Shown: positions 1-11,486 of the stretch, one piece after another | How the letters are laid out: every line of letters begins with the position of its first letter | Numbering within the stretch: position 1 is the stretch's first letter | Assembly (NCBI RefSeq): GCF_006345805.1 | Contig: NC_042998.1 | Coordinates: 201,686,001-201,750,000, forward strand | Direction of reading: 5' to 3' | DNA from: Octopus sinensis | Lineage: Eukaryota | DNA length: 64,000 nt | The notes under the pieces: generated by a model | Database searches by the model: none | Told to the model about the DNA's origin: nothing | What the model saw: the letters and a program-made list of their open reading frames with translations, nothing else | Program-made: the position numbers and the translations under genes

Positions 1-557
1 TCATTCCTCTAAATTTTTTATGTAACACAATTTTTAATCTTATATTTTAAATTTTATATGCTAGACCAATGGTGTGAAATCGATGTTAATTAAATTAATA
101 TCTAATTTCTCACCCTCATTTTAAATTTAAATTTAAATTAATACGTTCTCTAACCGACAAAGTAGTTTCTGCAGCATCAGCTTTTCCGGTAATTTAGCGC
201 GCCATAATGAGGACATTTGAAATAGTAACCACGAGTGTAATGGGTAGAACTGTTTACAAATCTGACTTTGTGCGGACATCCTATAGTCCTGCAAATTATA
301 TTCATCTGGACGGTCGCTTCGATTCTCTACGGATATTTATGTAAGTAAAATTACGTAATATGTTAATAGTGAAACATGTATGTGAATAATCCATATTTTT
401 ATTGCTTTTTCTTTTGTCTTGCTCGGTTTCGTTTAGGTTGTCTTGCTAATTTTTTCTTGAGAACATTTCTTAGTGGTAAGACTTTAGCGGATTTATTTCT
501 AGCAGAAGGGTGTCAACATAGTGGTTTCCCTCTAATATGTATATATATCTATATCTA

Positions 558-591
<34 letters not shown>

Positions 592-936
592 AATGAATGT
601 TTTTATATATAATGAACGTGAAATACAGGAAGGGACGAACACGGAACACAGACAAATCATTCGAAGCCTTCAATCTTCAGTCAGACCCGAATCATCATAG
701 CAAATTTCGGCTGTTCAATTCTGATATTTGCTCCAACTCGCCAGCCCCAAGAAAAAAAAACTAAGCTGTAAGCATTAGATTTCTTGGTAGAAGACAGGAA
801 TGTGAACGCACAAGACGGATGTGAATACAAGACATACAAATATTATGTTCTTATACATGTGTACACAAATAAATGTATATACATTTATATGTGCGTATAT
901 TTGTATATACGTGCATATGTTTATATATATATATAT

Positions 937-967
<31 letters not shown>

Positions 968-991
968 GATATATATAGATATATATATATG

Positions 992-1497
992 TACCAAGAT
1001 ATCGAAAAGGAGACCTCACGGAGAGTAAGGGACAGAGGGAAGGCGTTTAATAGCACAGTTCTACCTGCAATGTTGTATGATAGTGAAACATGGGCTACAA
1101 CAAAGAGAGAAGAACAGATTGGTAACGGCTCAAAGAGCCATGGAGAGGTCAATGCTTGTAATCTTGTTGAGAGAGCACATCAGTAGCGAAGTTATCAAAC
1201 AGAAGTCCGGCGTGAGGGGTGTCATCGTAGAATATACACGCAGCAAATTTAGACGGGCTGGACATGTCACCCGGCTCACCAATAATCCGTGGACCGGCGC
1301 AGTCGTCGAGTGGTACCCGCACGAGCGAACACGAACACTCGGAAGGCCTCCACGACGGCGGAGTTACGATTTCAGGAGGACGATTGCGATCACGTAGATG
1401 AGAAATGCGCGATCCAGAGAGGAGTGGAGAGCGTGCTGTGACCAGCGGTGTCACATGGACGCCCGACGGACTGGTCGGTCAAGGTGATCAAGGTGAT
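992..1497 (+). mobile_element. 5'-truncated RTE-clade LINE (RTE-1-like), C-terminal ORF plus 3' tail
   Basis: Translation across a frameshift gives FNSTVLPAMLYDSETWATTKREE/LVTAQRAMERSML...RRAGHVTRLTNNPWTGAVVEWYP...GRPPRR, typical of the RTE C-terminus; ends in the short tandem tail AAGGTGATCAAGGTGAT. Confidence 0.85.
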
Positions 1498-1510
1498 ATG
1501 CTTTCTTTTT

Positions 1511-1876
1511 TCTCCTTTTACTTGATTCAGTAATTTGACTGCGGCCATGCTGGAGCGCCGCCATTAGTCGAGCAAATCGACCCCAGGACTTACTCTCTGT
1601 AAGCCTAGTACTTATTCTATCGGTTTCTTTTGCCGAACCGCTAAGTTACGGCGACGTAAACACATCGGTTGTCAAGCGATGTTGCGGGGACAAACATATA
1701 CATACACATACATATATATACACATATATACGACGGGCGTCTTTCAGTTTCCGTCCAAAAAATTCACTCACAAGGCTTTGGTTGTTCCGAGACTCTAGTA
1801 GAAGACACTTGCCCAAGGTGCCACGCAGAACCATGTAGTTCGTAAGCAATCTACATACCACACAGCCACTCCTGCG

Positions 1877-1878
<2 letters not shown>
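1511..1878 (-). mobile_element. tRNA-derived SINE, family A
   Basis: Minus strand starts GGCGCAGGAGTGGCTGTGTGGT (A-box-like); internal microsatellite; body shared with copies at 5143, 9040, 30642 and 31201. Confidence 0.85.
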
Positions 1879-1924
<46 letters not shown>

Positions 1925-1963
1925 CATGCACATTGATACATATATCCACACACCCACACAATA

Positions 1964-2025
<62 letters not shown>

Positions 2026-2130
2026 CATACCGAAACTAAATGGAAAATAATTAAAATTTACATTTTCAGTGGTCTAACGTGTAAAAAAATTAGTCAAAAT
2101 GACTGTATATTAGTCATACGGTATAGTGTA

Positions 2131-2316
2131 TATTTAAACACATAAGGAATCCACTTAAAGGGAAATCAACACGCTAGAATGAACAGGTAGGTTCTATAAC
2201 CACAAAAATTAGGGATAAAATTCAATTCGTTCCTGTCGAATTTTAATCCCTAATTTTCTAGCTGTTCTTTCTAGCGTGTTGAATTCCTATATGTTGATTC
2301 CTCGTGTGTTTAAATA
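2131..2316. repeat. Foldback inverted repeat (about 80-90 bp imperfect arms, 14-nt loop) beside (TA)n
   Basis: Left arm TATTTAAACACA..GGAATC..CAACACGCTAGAA..AAAATTAGGGATAAAATTC pairs with right arm GAATTTTAATCCCTAATTTT..TTCTAGCGTGTTG..GATTCC..TGTGTTTAAATA. Confidence 0.8.
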
Positions 2317-2879
2317 TGATATATATATATATATATATATATGCATACACACATACTTACTTCACATTTCAGTGGAATCTCTTGTTTTTACTATTTCTAT
2401 GTAGTCGTTACATACTTGACCAGTTCTTTCTGTTAGTATTCAGCAGAGAGACATGAGAGTAATACAGAACATTCTCAATCATTAGCTTCTTGTTTTCACT
2501 GATATTTCGATTCACCCTCGAGGTGTTGAGTATTTAGAGTGATGAATAAAGATAACCACTCTAATTGTTTTTACGTCTCAGACGGTTTGTCCGACATTTT
2601 CTTACCGAAACATTGTCTTGGTCACATACTTCACTTCGAAAATTATATTATGAACAAAATACAAAAATTGAAACAGCATGAATAGAAGTTGAACATATGA
2701 ATAATTAATATATTTTACGATGTAAAAACTCAGTTCCTTTTGTCATTGTCCAGCATTACCAATTATCAGAACGCTGTATATCGTTAGTTCTGAATATTAT
2801 GTAAATGTGTATGCCACCGTAAACATGTTAGGGTGTGCTTCAATTTACTGGAGTAAATATTCATAGCATAGTTATTACA

Positions 2880-3140
2880 ACAGATGCTGCCTGGATGTTT
2901 CATTAACGTAGGCTTCGTCTTCTCTTTCTAAACGACAAAATTTTTGTCATATTTACGACGCAAATTTATAATTAGTTTGAACTTTAAAAAAATTTGTACC
3001 TTACGTAAAATTTGCAAAGACCGCTACGATATTGAAGCGATTTCACATGAAGACCCTTCTCCAGATGTTCCCAAACCACTTTACTGAAGAGAAATTGCTA
3101 CTTTGCGTGAGCTTTGTACAAATATTAACATTTTGTAGTA
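2880..3140 (+). pseudogene. Degenerate fragment of the ORF1/gag-like retroelement protein family (C-terminal part)
   Basis: ICKDRYDIEAISHEDPSPDVPKPLY*REIATLRELCTNINIL aligns by eye with IKVSQIKTSNDNPGRAKY*..KISCYKIN at about 35960-36070 (minus strand); the adjacent nucleotide sequence also resembles about 36200-36240. Confidence 0.4.
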
Positions 3141-3280
3141 ATCACAACTAAATTAATGCAAATCGTGCATCTAAAAGAAATCATTCTCTTGTTCTCTTCC
3201 ATATTCTTTTATAAACAAAACTGTTCTTGAACAAAGACTCAGACGACAACTCTGTCGTGGGTATAAATAGCACATTCGAA

Positions 3281-3492
3281 GGCGGCAAGATGGCAGAAAC
3301 GTTAGCACGCTGGGCGAAATGCTTAGCTATATTTCGTCTGTCTTTACGTTCTGAGTTCAAATTCCGCCGGGTTCGACTTTGCCTTTCATCATTTAGAGGT
3401 CGATGAATTAAATACCAGCTGTGTTCTGGAGTCGATCTAATTGACTGGCCCGCTCCCCCAAAATTTCGGGCTTTGTGCCTTGAGTAGAAATT
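3281..3492 (+). mobile_element. tRNA-derived SINE, family E, short tail (E2)
   Basis: Head GGCGGCAAGATGGCAGAAACGTTAGC with B-box-like GAGTTCAAATTCC; central TTCGACTTTGCCTTTCATC; tail GTGCCTTGAGTAGAAA. Confidence 0.8.
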
Positions 3493-3535
3493 ATAAATAG
3501 CACACTCAAGAAGACCAAATATATATATATGTATA

Positions 3536-3575
<40 letters not shown>

Positions 3576-3592
3576 TATTATATATATATATA

Positions 3593-3785
3593 GTTAATCC
3601 ACACATGAAAACACAACAACGCGAGGACCTGAACAAGTATAGTATTATTGAACGCTAAGGAAGGAAGGAAAGAAGGAGGGTTTAACGTTTCAAGGGGAGC
3701 TCTTCAGCAGAAACATAGGAAAAAGAAAGATCCAAAGAAGGGAAGAGGAAGAAAAAAATCACCAACGGTACACACGCGGTCACAT
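3593..3785 (-). mobile_element. About 200-bp hammerhead-bearing mini-element, family PA copy 1 (Penelope-like, tentative)
   Basis: Homologous to 24703-24911, 28465-28680 and 42786-43001; flanked by (TA)n and (TG)n; minus-strand HHR motif at 3680-3714 with mutated core CTGCTGA. Confidence 0.7.
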
Positions 3786-3804
3786 ATGTGTGTGTGTGTG
3801 TGTA

Positions 3805-3836
<32 letters not shown>

Positions 3837-4130
3837 TGTGTGTGTGAGTGTGTGTGTGTGTGAGACTGTGTATTTGTGTGTGTGTGCGTGTGTGCGCGTG
3901 TGTGTGTTTGTTTGTTCTTAGCATTGATGAACGAGAATACTTTCAATTTAACAGTTCTGGTACAGAGATTGTTACAAAATATCATAAGTTACTGAAAACG
4001 ATGAATCGAGGAGGGAAGGAACTAGACAATAAGAGGTTGTGCGTATGCAGTAGATGCTCGTGCCTTGAACAAATTAGATTTAACGAGCAAGAACATTATA
4101 ACAATTTACAAGAGCAACTGATAGAACTGC

Positions 4131-4670
4131 CAGGATATCAATCGTCTGGAAGCTGTTCAGCGACGTGCAACCAAGAGAATACCCTCCATCAGGCATTTGC
4201 CATATCCTGAACGCCTTACTTCCCTGGACATGGGCACATTGAAACTCTGACATCTGGCAGCTGACTTGGCAGACACCCATAAAATGATCAACCATCGTAC
4301 AAACAATAACTCTGAGCACCTTTTCAAATTCCACCCATCTAACACCCGTGGACATCTTTACAAAGTCAGAAAACAGCACAGCTCCCATAACTTTTGGAAA
4401 CATTTTTTCACACTAAGAGTTGCTGAAGCATGGAACAAACTGTCGGCATCAGTTGTTAGTTGTCGGAGCACTGCATCCTTCAAAACTTCCATGCTCCCTG
4501 AGATTCGCCAACACTACACCTGATTTTCTCCCCTCCATACACACACAAGCATGTATCTGACTCATACATTGTTTGCTTTCCAGACATTTTTACATTACTG
4601 CATGTACTTTATACGCACTTTCTGACAAGTTGTGGTGCACCTGAGCACTGTATACAATAATTTCATTATA
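4131..4670 (+). mobile_element. 5'-truncated CR1-group LINE 3' end
   Basis: QDINRLEAVQRRATKRIPSIRHLPYPERLTSLDM...DLADTHKMIN...NTRGHLYKVRKQ...FFTLRVAEAWNKL, stop at 4521-4523, then a 3'UTR. Confidence 0.85.
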
Positions 4671-5142
4671 TAACGGATAAACCTACAGTTAGAGTGATCT
4701 GGAAAAGGGCTAACATAATAGATGATGTGTTTAATATTGCTGAGTCATTAGATTGAACGGAAGCCTTAATATTGAATGTTGCAACGAATAATGTGTGAAG
4801 AAGCTGTATGTGTGACTTTATAAGCTTTACCACAAGCTGAAATTCTCCATCTAAATATTCGAAATATTTTGTGAGATTTACTAAAGATACAAGTATAAAG
4901 AAGTATTATAGAATGACGTGTGTGAGTAGCAGAAAGTTACCCTGTTAGGATAATATGATTCAAGGCAGAGCGTTTACCTCATGAATAACTGACGTTTTAA
5001 GAACAAGAGGAAGCTGAAGCTGTATGTGATGAGACAAAAATTCGATAACCTCTACTATGCTGCTCTAGGTTTGACACATATGGAAGTTCTACAATTGTTT
5101 GCTGGTAAGAAGTTTAATCGCGAAAGAAAAGCAAATAGTACA

Positions 5143-5346
5143 GGCATAGCAGCGGCTGTGTGGTAAATAGCTTGCTTACGAACAAAATGGTTCCAGGTTC
5201 AGTCCCACTGCGTGGCACCTTGGGTATGTGTCTTCTACTATAGCCTCGGGCCGACCAAAGCCTTTTGAGTGGATTTGGCAAACGGAAACTGAAAGAAGCC
5301 CGCCGTATATATGTATATATATATATATATATTATATATATATATA

Positions 5347-5396
<50 letters not shown>

Positions 5397-5609
5397 TTGT
5401 GAGTCTGTGTTTGTCTCACCAACATCGGTTGTCAAGCGATGTTGGTGTGTTTACGTCCCCGTAACATAGCGGTTCGGCAAAAGAGACCCATAGAATAAGT
5501 AGTAGGCTTGCAATGAATGGGCCTTGGGGACAATTTGATCGACTAAAGGTGGTGCTCCAGCAGGGCCGCAATCAAATAACTGAAACAAAGAAAGATAAAA
5601 GGTAAAAGA
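5143..5609 (+). mobile_element. tRNA-derived SINE, family A
   Basis: A box GGCTGTGTGG and B box GGTTCAGTCCC; internal (TA)/(TG) microsatellite; tail ending CTGAAACAAAGAAAG. Confidence 0.85.
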
Positions 5610-5754
5610 TTGCAAGTAAATGGAGAACACATTGAGATTAGATTCTACAGTGAGCTCTACAACAAGATGGCGAGACATAGTCACCCAACAGTTTTGGATA
5701 AGTTCTCTGCCTTTCGAGCAAATGTTAAGTAGGATGGCCTATGTGATAGATGGT

Positions 5755-6081
5755 GAGGGCGCGTGGCTTAGTGGTTAGGGCATTCGGCTCATGATCGTAA
5801 GGTTGTGAGTTCGATTCCCGGCGACGCGTTGTGACCTTGAGCAAGACACTTTATTTCACGTTGCTCCAGTCCACTCAGCTGGCAAAAATGAGTTGTACTT
5901 GTATTTCAAAGGGTCAGCCTTGTCACTCTCTGTGTCACGCTGATTATCCCCGAGAACTACGTTAAGGGTACACGTGTCTGTGGAATGCTCAGCCATTTGC
6001 ACGTTAATTTCACGAGCAGGCTGTTCCGTTGATTGTATCAGCTGGGACGCTCGTCGTCGTAACCGGCGGAGTCTTTTAATT
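5755..6081 (+). mobile_element. tRNA-derived SINE, head C plus tail 1, with 11-bp TSD
   Basis: A box TGGCTTAGTGG, B box GTTCGATTCCC; TSD TGATAGATGGT at 5744-5754 and 6082-6092. Confidence 0.9.
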
Positions 6082-6892
6082 TGATAGATGGTAGTGTTCC
6101 TCATCTGCATAATAACTCTCATTCCCCCACCACCAGAGGGGAAGATTGAGAGAGAGACCAACAGGGAGAAAGAAAGAGGAAGCCTGAGAGAGACCAACAG
6201 GAAGAAAGAGAGGGGAAGATTGAGAGAGACCAACAGGGAGAATGAGAGACGGAGGGACCCAATATTTGGCAATAGCGAAAATATTCGTGGCGTTATTGAT
6301 TTACAATGAGCCGGATTACATAAGCGCTTTATGCGAATGTGTCCATGGCATGGTGCGGGAATGAATAATTTTGAATTATCAATAATTAGCAATAATCTTG
6401 AGAAACGTTTACATAGTATGTATGGTGGATGTGTGCATGGAAACAGGGTACGAATGGTGGAATATTCACCGAGTAGAGAATTCTAAATAAATTATATTGA
6501 TGAAGAAATGCTGCAAGGCATTTAGAACAAAGTTCTTGGAGAGCCATTAGGCCATATATAGATTCTGCAGAGCTCACGACAACAATGTTTTACACTCATA
6601 TGTGTAATATACAGTTCAAAGACTTGATATGGAACGAAAAAGAAGAAAATAGAAAATTGTGTCTAGTGTGAAAAATGGGATTTATTAAATATAAGGTTCA
6701 TTAAGAAGGTCAATTCGTGAGTAAGTTGGATCTTAAGGGATTTTACTGCACATGAGCGTTCTATTGATGGTAGGCTCATAAGTAAGTGAAAAGGAATATA
6801 TATGTGATTTTATGTGTGTGTGTGAGTGCATTGTGCGTGTGTACATACACACACCCATGAACACACAACCAAACATATATATACATACGCAC

Positions 6893-6930
<38 letters not shown>

Positions 6931-6932
<2 letters not shown>

Positions 6933-7090
6933 TCTTTTACTCTTTTACTTGTTTCAGTTATTTGGAGCACCGCCTTTAATCGAGCAACTCGTCCCCAGGA
7001 CTTATTCTTTTGTAAGCCCAGTACTTATTCTATCGGTCTCTTTTGCCGAACCGCTAAGTGACGGGGGACATAAACACACTAGCAATACTA
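6931..7090 (-). mobile_element. Family A SINE, 3' half only (head deleted)
   Basis: Near-identical to 9040-9198 but joined directly to the downstream flank. Confidence 0.85.
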
Positions 7091-7806
7091 TATATAAAAC
7101 CATGTCTATAATATCATTATATAAAGTGATTAAAATTTCACGATGTATACTTCCTGTGCGATTCATGAGTAAATGCTACACTTTCTTATAATCGCTAGTA
7201 TTTATTCATTAGACATATGTACTTATTATCACTTGTGGTTATAAATTTATTACATATATTCTCATTAGGCGAAATTCATTTAAATTATGTTTGTCTTAAT
7301 GATAATTGCTAATACCCAAGCGAGTCTGTATTATACATACTGACAAGAAGTTTAGAGATATTCTCAACGGAAGAAAGCTAAATAAAATAAAAATTAAATA
7401 ATAACACACAAAAAATGAAACATCCATTATATAATATAGACTGTAAATTATGCATTGTTTGGGGTGCAAAAGCAATACAAAAATATTCTCTATTAATAAG
7501 CACATTATTGCAAATGTGCAAATGAAGTGAACTGCTACACACGGAGCCGTTTATAGTTATGTAATATTTCCTGTCAGCGAATTGATTTTTGTTTCTTCTC
7601 TTTATATGATGTCTGACAATTATGAGTACAGCCTCAAATTTTTTTTTTAAAGCGCACTTGCTCTGCGTAATACTAATTAGATGAGATTTTTTTCTGTTCT
7701 GTCAAGTGGACAGCATCCGCGCATGTTGATTTTGGTGTTTATGACAGCGGAAATTGTTAAAATTATAACCCAGAATTGTTTCATTCTCTGACTATACGCA
7801 ACAACG

Positions 7807-8193
7807 GTGGAGGCGCAATGGCCCAGTGGTTAGGGCAGCGGACTCGCGGTCATAGGATCGCCGTTTCGATTCCCAGACCGGGCGTTGTCAGTGTTTATTG
7901 AGCGAAAACACCTAAAGCTCCACGAGGCTCCGGCAGGGGGATGGTGGTGATCCCTGCTGTAATCTTTCACCACAACTTTCTCTCACTCTTACTTCCTGTT
8001 TCTGTTGTACCTGTATTTCAAGGGGCCGGCCTTGTCACTCTCTGTGTCATGCTGAATATCCCCGAGAACTACGTTAAGGGTACACGTGTCTGTGGAATGC
8101 TCAGCCATTTGCACGTTAATTTCACGAGCAGGCTGTTCCGTTGATTGTATCAGCTGGGACCCGCGTCGTCGTAACCGGCGGAGTCTTTTAATT
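7807..8193 (+). mobile_element. Chimeric SINE (head D of the 10185 copy, tail of the 5755 copy) at the duplication junction
   Basis: The 5' flank carries TSD ATACGCAACAACG (7794-7806) of the 10185 SINE; the 3' flank carries TSD TGATAGATGGT (8194-8204) of the 5755 SINE. Confidence 0.9.
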
Positions 8194-9001
8194 TGATAGA
8201 TGGTAGTGTTCCTCATCTGCATAATAACTCTCATTACCCCACCACCAGAGGAGAAGTTTCAGAGAGACCAACAGGGAGAAAGAAAGAGGAAGACTGAGAG
8301 AGACCAACAAGGAGAAAGAGAGGGGAAGATTGAGAGAGACCAACAGGGAGAATGAGAGACGGAGGGACCCAATATTTGGCAATAGCGAAAATATTCGTGG
8401 CGTTATTGATTTACAATGAGCCGGATTACATAAGCGCTTTATGCGAATGTGTCTATGGCATGGTGCGGGAATGAATAATTTTGAATTATTAATAATTAGC
8501 AATAATCTTGAGAAACGTTTACATAGTATGTATGGTGGATGTGTGCACTGAAACAGGGCACGAATGGTGGAATATTCACCGAGTAGGGAATTCTAAATAA
8601 ATTATAGTGATGAAGAAATGCTGCAAGGCATTTAGAACAAAGTTCTTGGAGAGCCATTAGGCCAGATATAGATTCTGCAGAGCTCACGACAACAATGATT
8701 TACACTCATATGTGTAAGATACAGTTCAAAGACTGGATATGGAACGAAAAAGAAGAAAATAGAAAATTGTTTGTCTAGTGTGAAAAATGGGATTTATTAA
8801 ATATAAGGTTCATTAAGAAGGTCATTTCGTGAGTAAGTTGGATCTTAAGGGATTTCACTGCACATGATCGTTCTAGTGATGGTAGACTCATAAGTAAGTG
8901 AAAATGAATATATATGTGATTTTATGTGTGTGTGAGTGCATTTGTGCGTGTGTACACATACACCCATGCACACACAACCAAACATATATATACATACGCA
9001 C

Positions 9002-9039
<38 letters not shown>

Positions 9040-9041
<2 letters not shown>

Positions 9042-9413
9042 TCTTTTACTCTTTTACTTGTTTCAGTCATTTGGAGCACCGCCTTTAATCGAGCAACTCG
9101 ACCCCGGGACTTATTCTTTTGTAAGCCCAGTACTTATTCTATCGGTCTCTTTTGCCGAACCGCTAAGTGACGGGGACATAAACACACTAGCAATACTAGG
9201 GGACAACACAGACACACAAACACACATATGCATATATATATACATATATACGACGGGCTTCTTTCAGTTTCCGTCTACCAAATCCACTCACAAGGCTTTG
9301 GTCGGCCCGAGGCTATAGAAGAAGACACTTACCCAAGGTGCCACGCAGAGGGACTGAACCCGGAACCATGTGGTTGGTAGACAAGCTACTTACCACACAG
9401 CTACTCCTGCGCC
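9040..9413 (-). mobile_element. tRNA-derived SINE, family A
   Basis: Full head (GGCGCAGGAGTAGCTGTGTGGTAAG on minus strand) through the AGTAAAAG-type tail. Confidence 0.85.
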
Positions 9414-10184
9414 TATACAAATATACATTTATAAAGACATATATACATATATTCACATGCATACACATATATAAAACCATGTCTATAATATCATTATATA
9501 AAGTGATTAAAATTTCACGATGTATACTTCCTGTGCGATTCATGAGTAAATGCTACACTTTCTTATAATCGCTAGTATTTATTCATTAGACATATGTACT
9601 TATTATCACTTGTGGTTATAAATTATTACATATATTCTCATTAGGCGAAATTCATTTAAATTATGTTTGTCTTAATGATAATTGCTAATACCCAAGCGAG
9701 TCTGTATCATACATACTGACAAGAAGTTTAGAGATATTCTCAACGGAAGAAAGCTAAATAAAATAAAAATTAAATAATAACACACAAAAAATGAAACATC
9801 CATTATATAATATAGACTGTAAATTATGCATTGTTTGGGGTGCAAAAGCAATACAAAAATATTCTCTATTAATAAGCACATTATTGCAAATGTGCAAATG
9901 AAGTGAACTGCTACACACCGGAGCCGTTTATAGTTATGTAATATTTCCTGTCAGCGAATTGATTTTTGTTTCTTCTCTTTCTATGATGTCTGACAATTAT
10001 GAGTACAGCCTCAAATTTTTTTTAAAAAAACGCACTTGCTCTGCGTAATACTAATTAGTTGAGATTTTTTTCTGTTCTGTCAAGTGGACAGCATCCGCGC
10101 ATGTTGATTTTGGTGTTTATGACAGCGGAAATTGTTAAAATTATAACCCAGAATTGTTTCATTCTCTGACTATACGCAACAACG

Positions 10185-10577
10185 GTGGAGGCGCAATGGC
10201 CCAGTGGTTAGGGCAGCGGACTCGCGGTCATAGGATCGCCGTTTCGATTCCCAGACCGGGCGTTGTCAGTGTTTATTGAGCGAAAACACCTAAAGCTCCA
10301 CGAGGCTCCGGCAGGGGGATGGTGGTGATCCCTGCTGTAATCTTTCACCACAACTTTCTCTCACTCTTACTTCCTGTTTCTGTTGTACCTGTATTTCAAG
10401 GGGCCGGCCTTGTCACTCTCTGTGTCATGCTGAATATCCCCGAGAACTACGTTAAGGGTGTACGTCTCTGTGGAGTGCTCAGCCACTTATACGTTAATTT
10501 CTCGAGAAGGCTGTTCCGTTGATTCAGATCAACCGGAACCCTCATCGTCGTAACCGACGGAGTGCTTCCATCCATCC
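10185..10577 (+). mobile_element. tRNA-derived SINE, head D plus tail 1, with 13-bp TSD
   Basis: A box TGGCCCAGTGG, B box GTTTCGATTCCC; TSD ATACGCAACAACG at 10172-10184 and 10578-10590. Confidence 0.9.
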
Positions 10578-10998
10578 ATACGCAACAACGAAATATACTT
10601 GTCTTAAGAACTGACGTCAGAGTGCTAAACAGTTGATGGGTAAAATTAATCCTGGTAATATTCAAATTGTATGTTTCGGAATCGGTAAAATAGGGTAGTC
10701 ATTCGCAAATTCTGAAGTCCCATTCCACAGTGTGCATTTATATTTAATGAAGTATCTATAAGACCTATAGGGTTGAATTGCATTTCACAGTTATATGTTG
10801 CTCCGGTTTCATTTCTCAAAACATAGACGTGGAAGACCGACATCTATATCATGTTTCTCGCAACACACTCATAAATCTTTGTTCCCTTTAGAGAGCTCCA
10901 TCTGACTATTATGCATTAACATTAACATCTGAGTAACGACCTCTTGCAAAATGGAACAGTATGTGTATGTATCAAGTCTTTTTAACATTGTATCAGTA

Positions 10999-11098
<100 letters not shown>

Positions 11099-11168
11099 GG
11101 TCCTGGGTTGAGTCGGGGTTAACCACAGTAAATAAGGTACTCAATACATAGCAGAGTAAATTAATTTA

Positions 11169-11256
11169 TTTTATAGAAGGACTAGAAATGTTTCATTCAA
11201 ATGAAATCATCCGGATGATTTCATTTGAATGAAACAGTTCTAGTCCTTCTATAAAA
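11169..11256. repeat. 88-bp loopless palindrome
   Basis: 44-bp arms centred on CC|GG at 11212/11213 with one mismatch. Confidence 0.95.
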
Positions 11257-11266
11257 AAAGAAATAT

Positions 11267-11320
<54 letters not shown>

Positions 11321-11328
11321 ATATATAT

Positions 11329-11486
11329 ATCTGTAAATGTATTATGTGACAATTATTCGGTAGCCAAGCTAAAACTCTGAGTTTCGGATGCCGAGGTGGA
11401 AATACACGTGGATTTCTACCTCGGCATCCGAAACTCTGAGTTTTAGCTTTGCTACCGAATATTTGTCTCATATTACATTTCCAGAT
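11329..11486. repeat. Foldback palindrome, about 75-bp arms, 8-nt loop
   Basis: ATCTGTAAATGT...GGTAGCCAAGC...GGAAAT / ACACGTGG / ATTTCTACC...GCTACC...ACATTTCCAGAT. Confidence 0.9.

Larger units (their letters stand above)
5945..10434 (+). repeat. Direct tandem duplication: unit 1 = 5945-8056, unit 2 = 8057-10434
   Basis: Colinear near-identical sequence, e.g. track ORFs 6386/8496, 7296/9672 and 7941/10319; unit 1 lacks about 266 bp of the family A SINE that unit 2 retains. Confidence 0.95.

Noticed and set aside
620-830. Possible hammerhead on the minus strand (CTGAAGA...GAAT) in a repeat between microsatellites
   Set aside because: Helix II cannot close properly and the GAAA and helix I pairing is not satisfied.
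5755-5830. tRNA-like sequences (A and B boxes) at many positions
   Set aside because: They continue into SINE bodies, often with TSDs, and lack a complete cloverleaf; they are not tRNA genes.
7941-8144. Repeated ORF MVVIPAV(I/L)FHHNFLSLLL... (also at 10319, 47544, 49630) suggesting a small gene family
   Set aside because: All copies lie inside head-D SINEs; the conservation reflects SINE copy identity.
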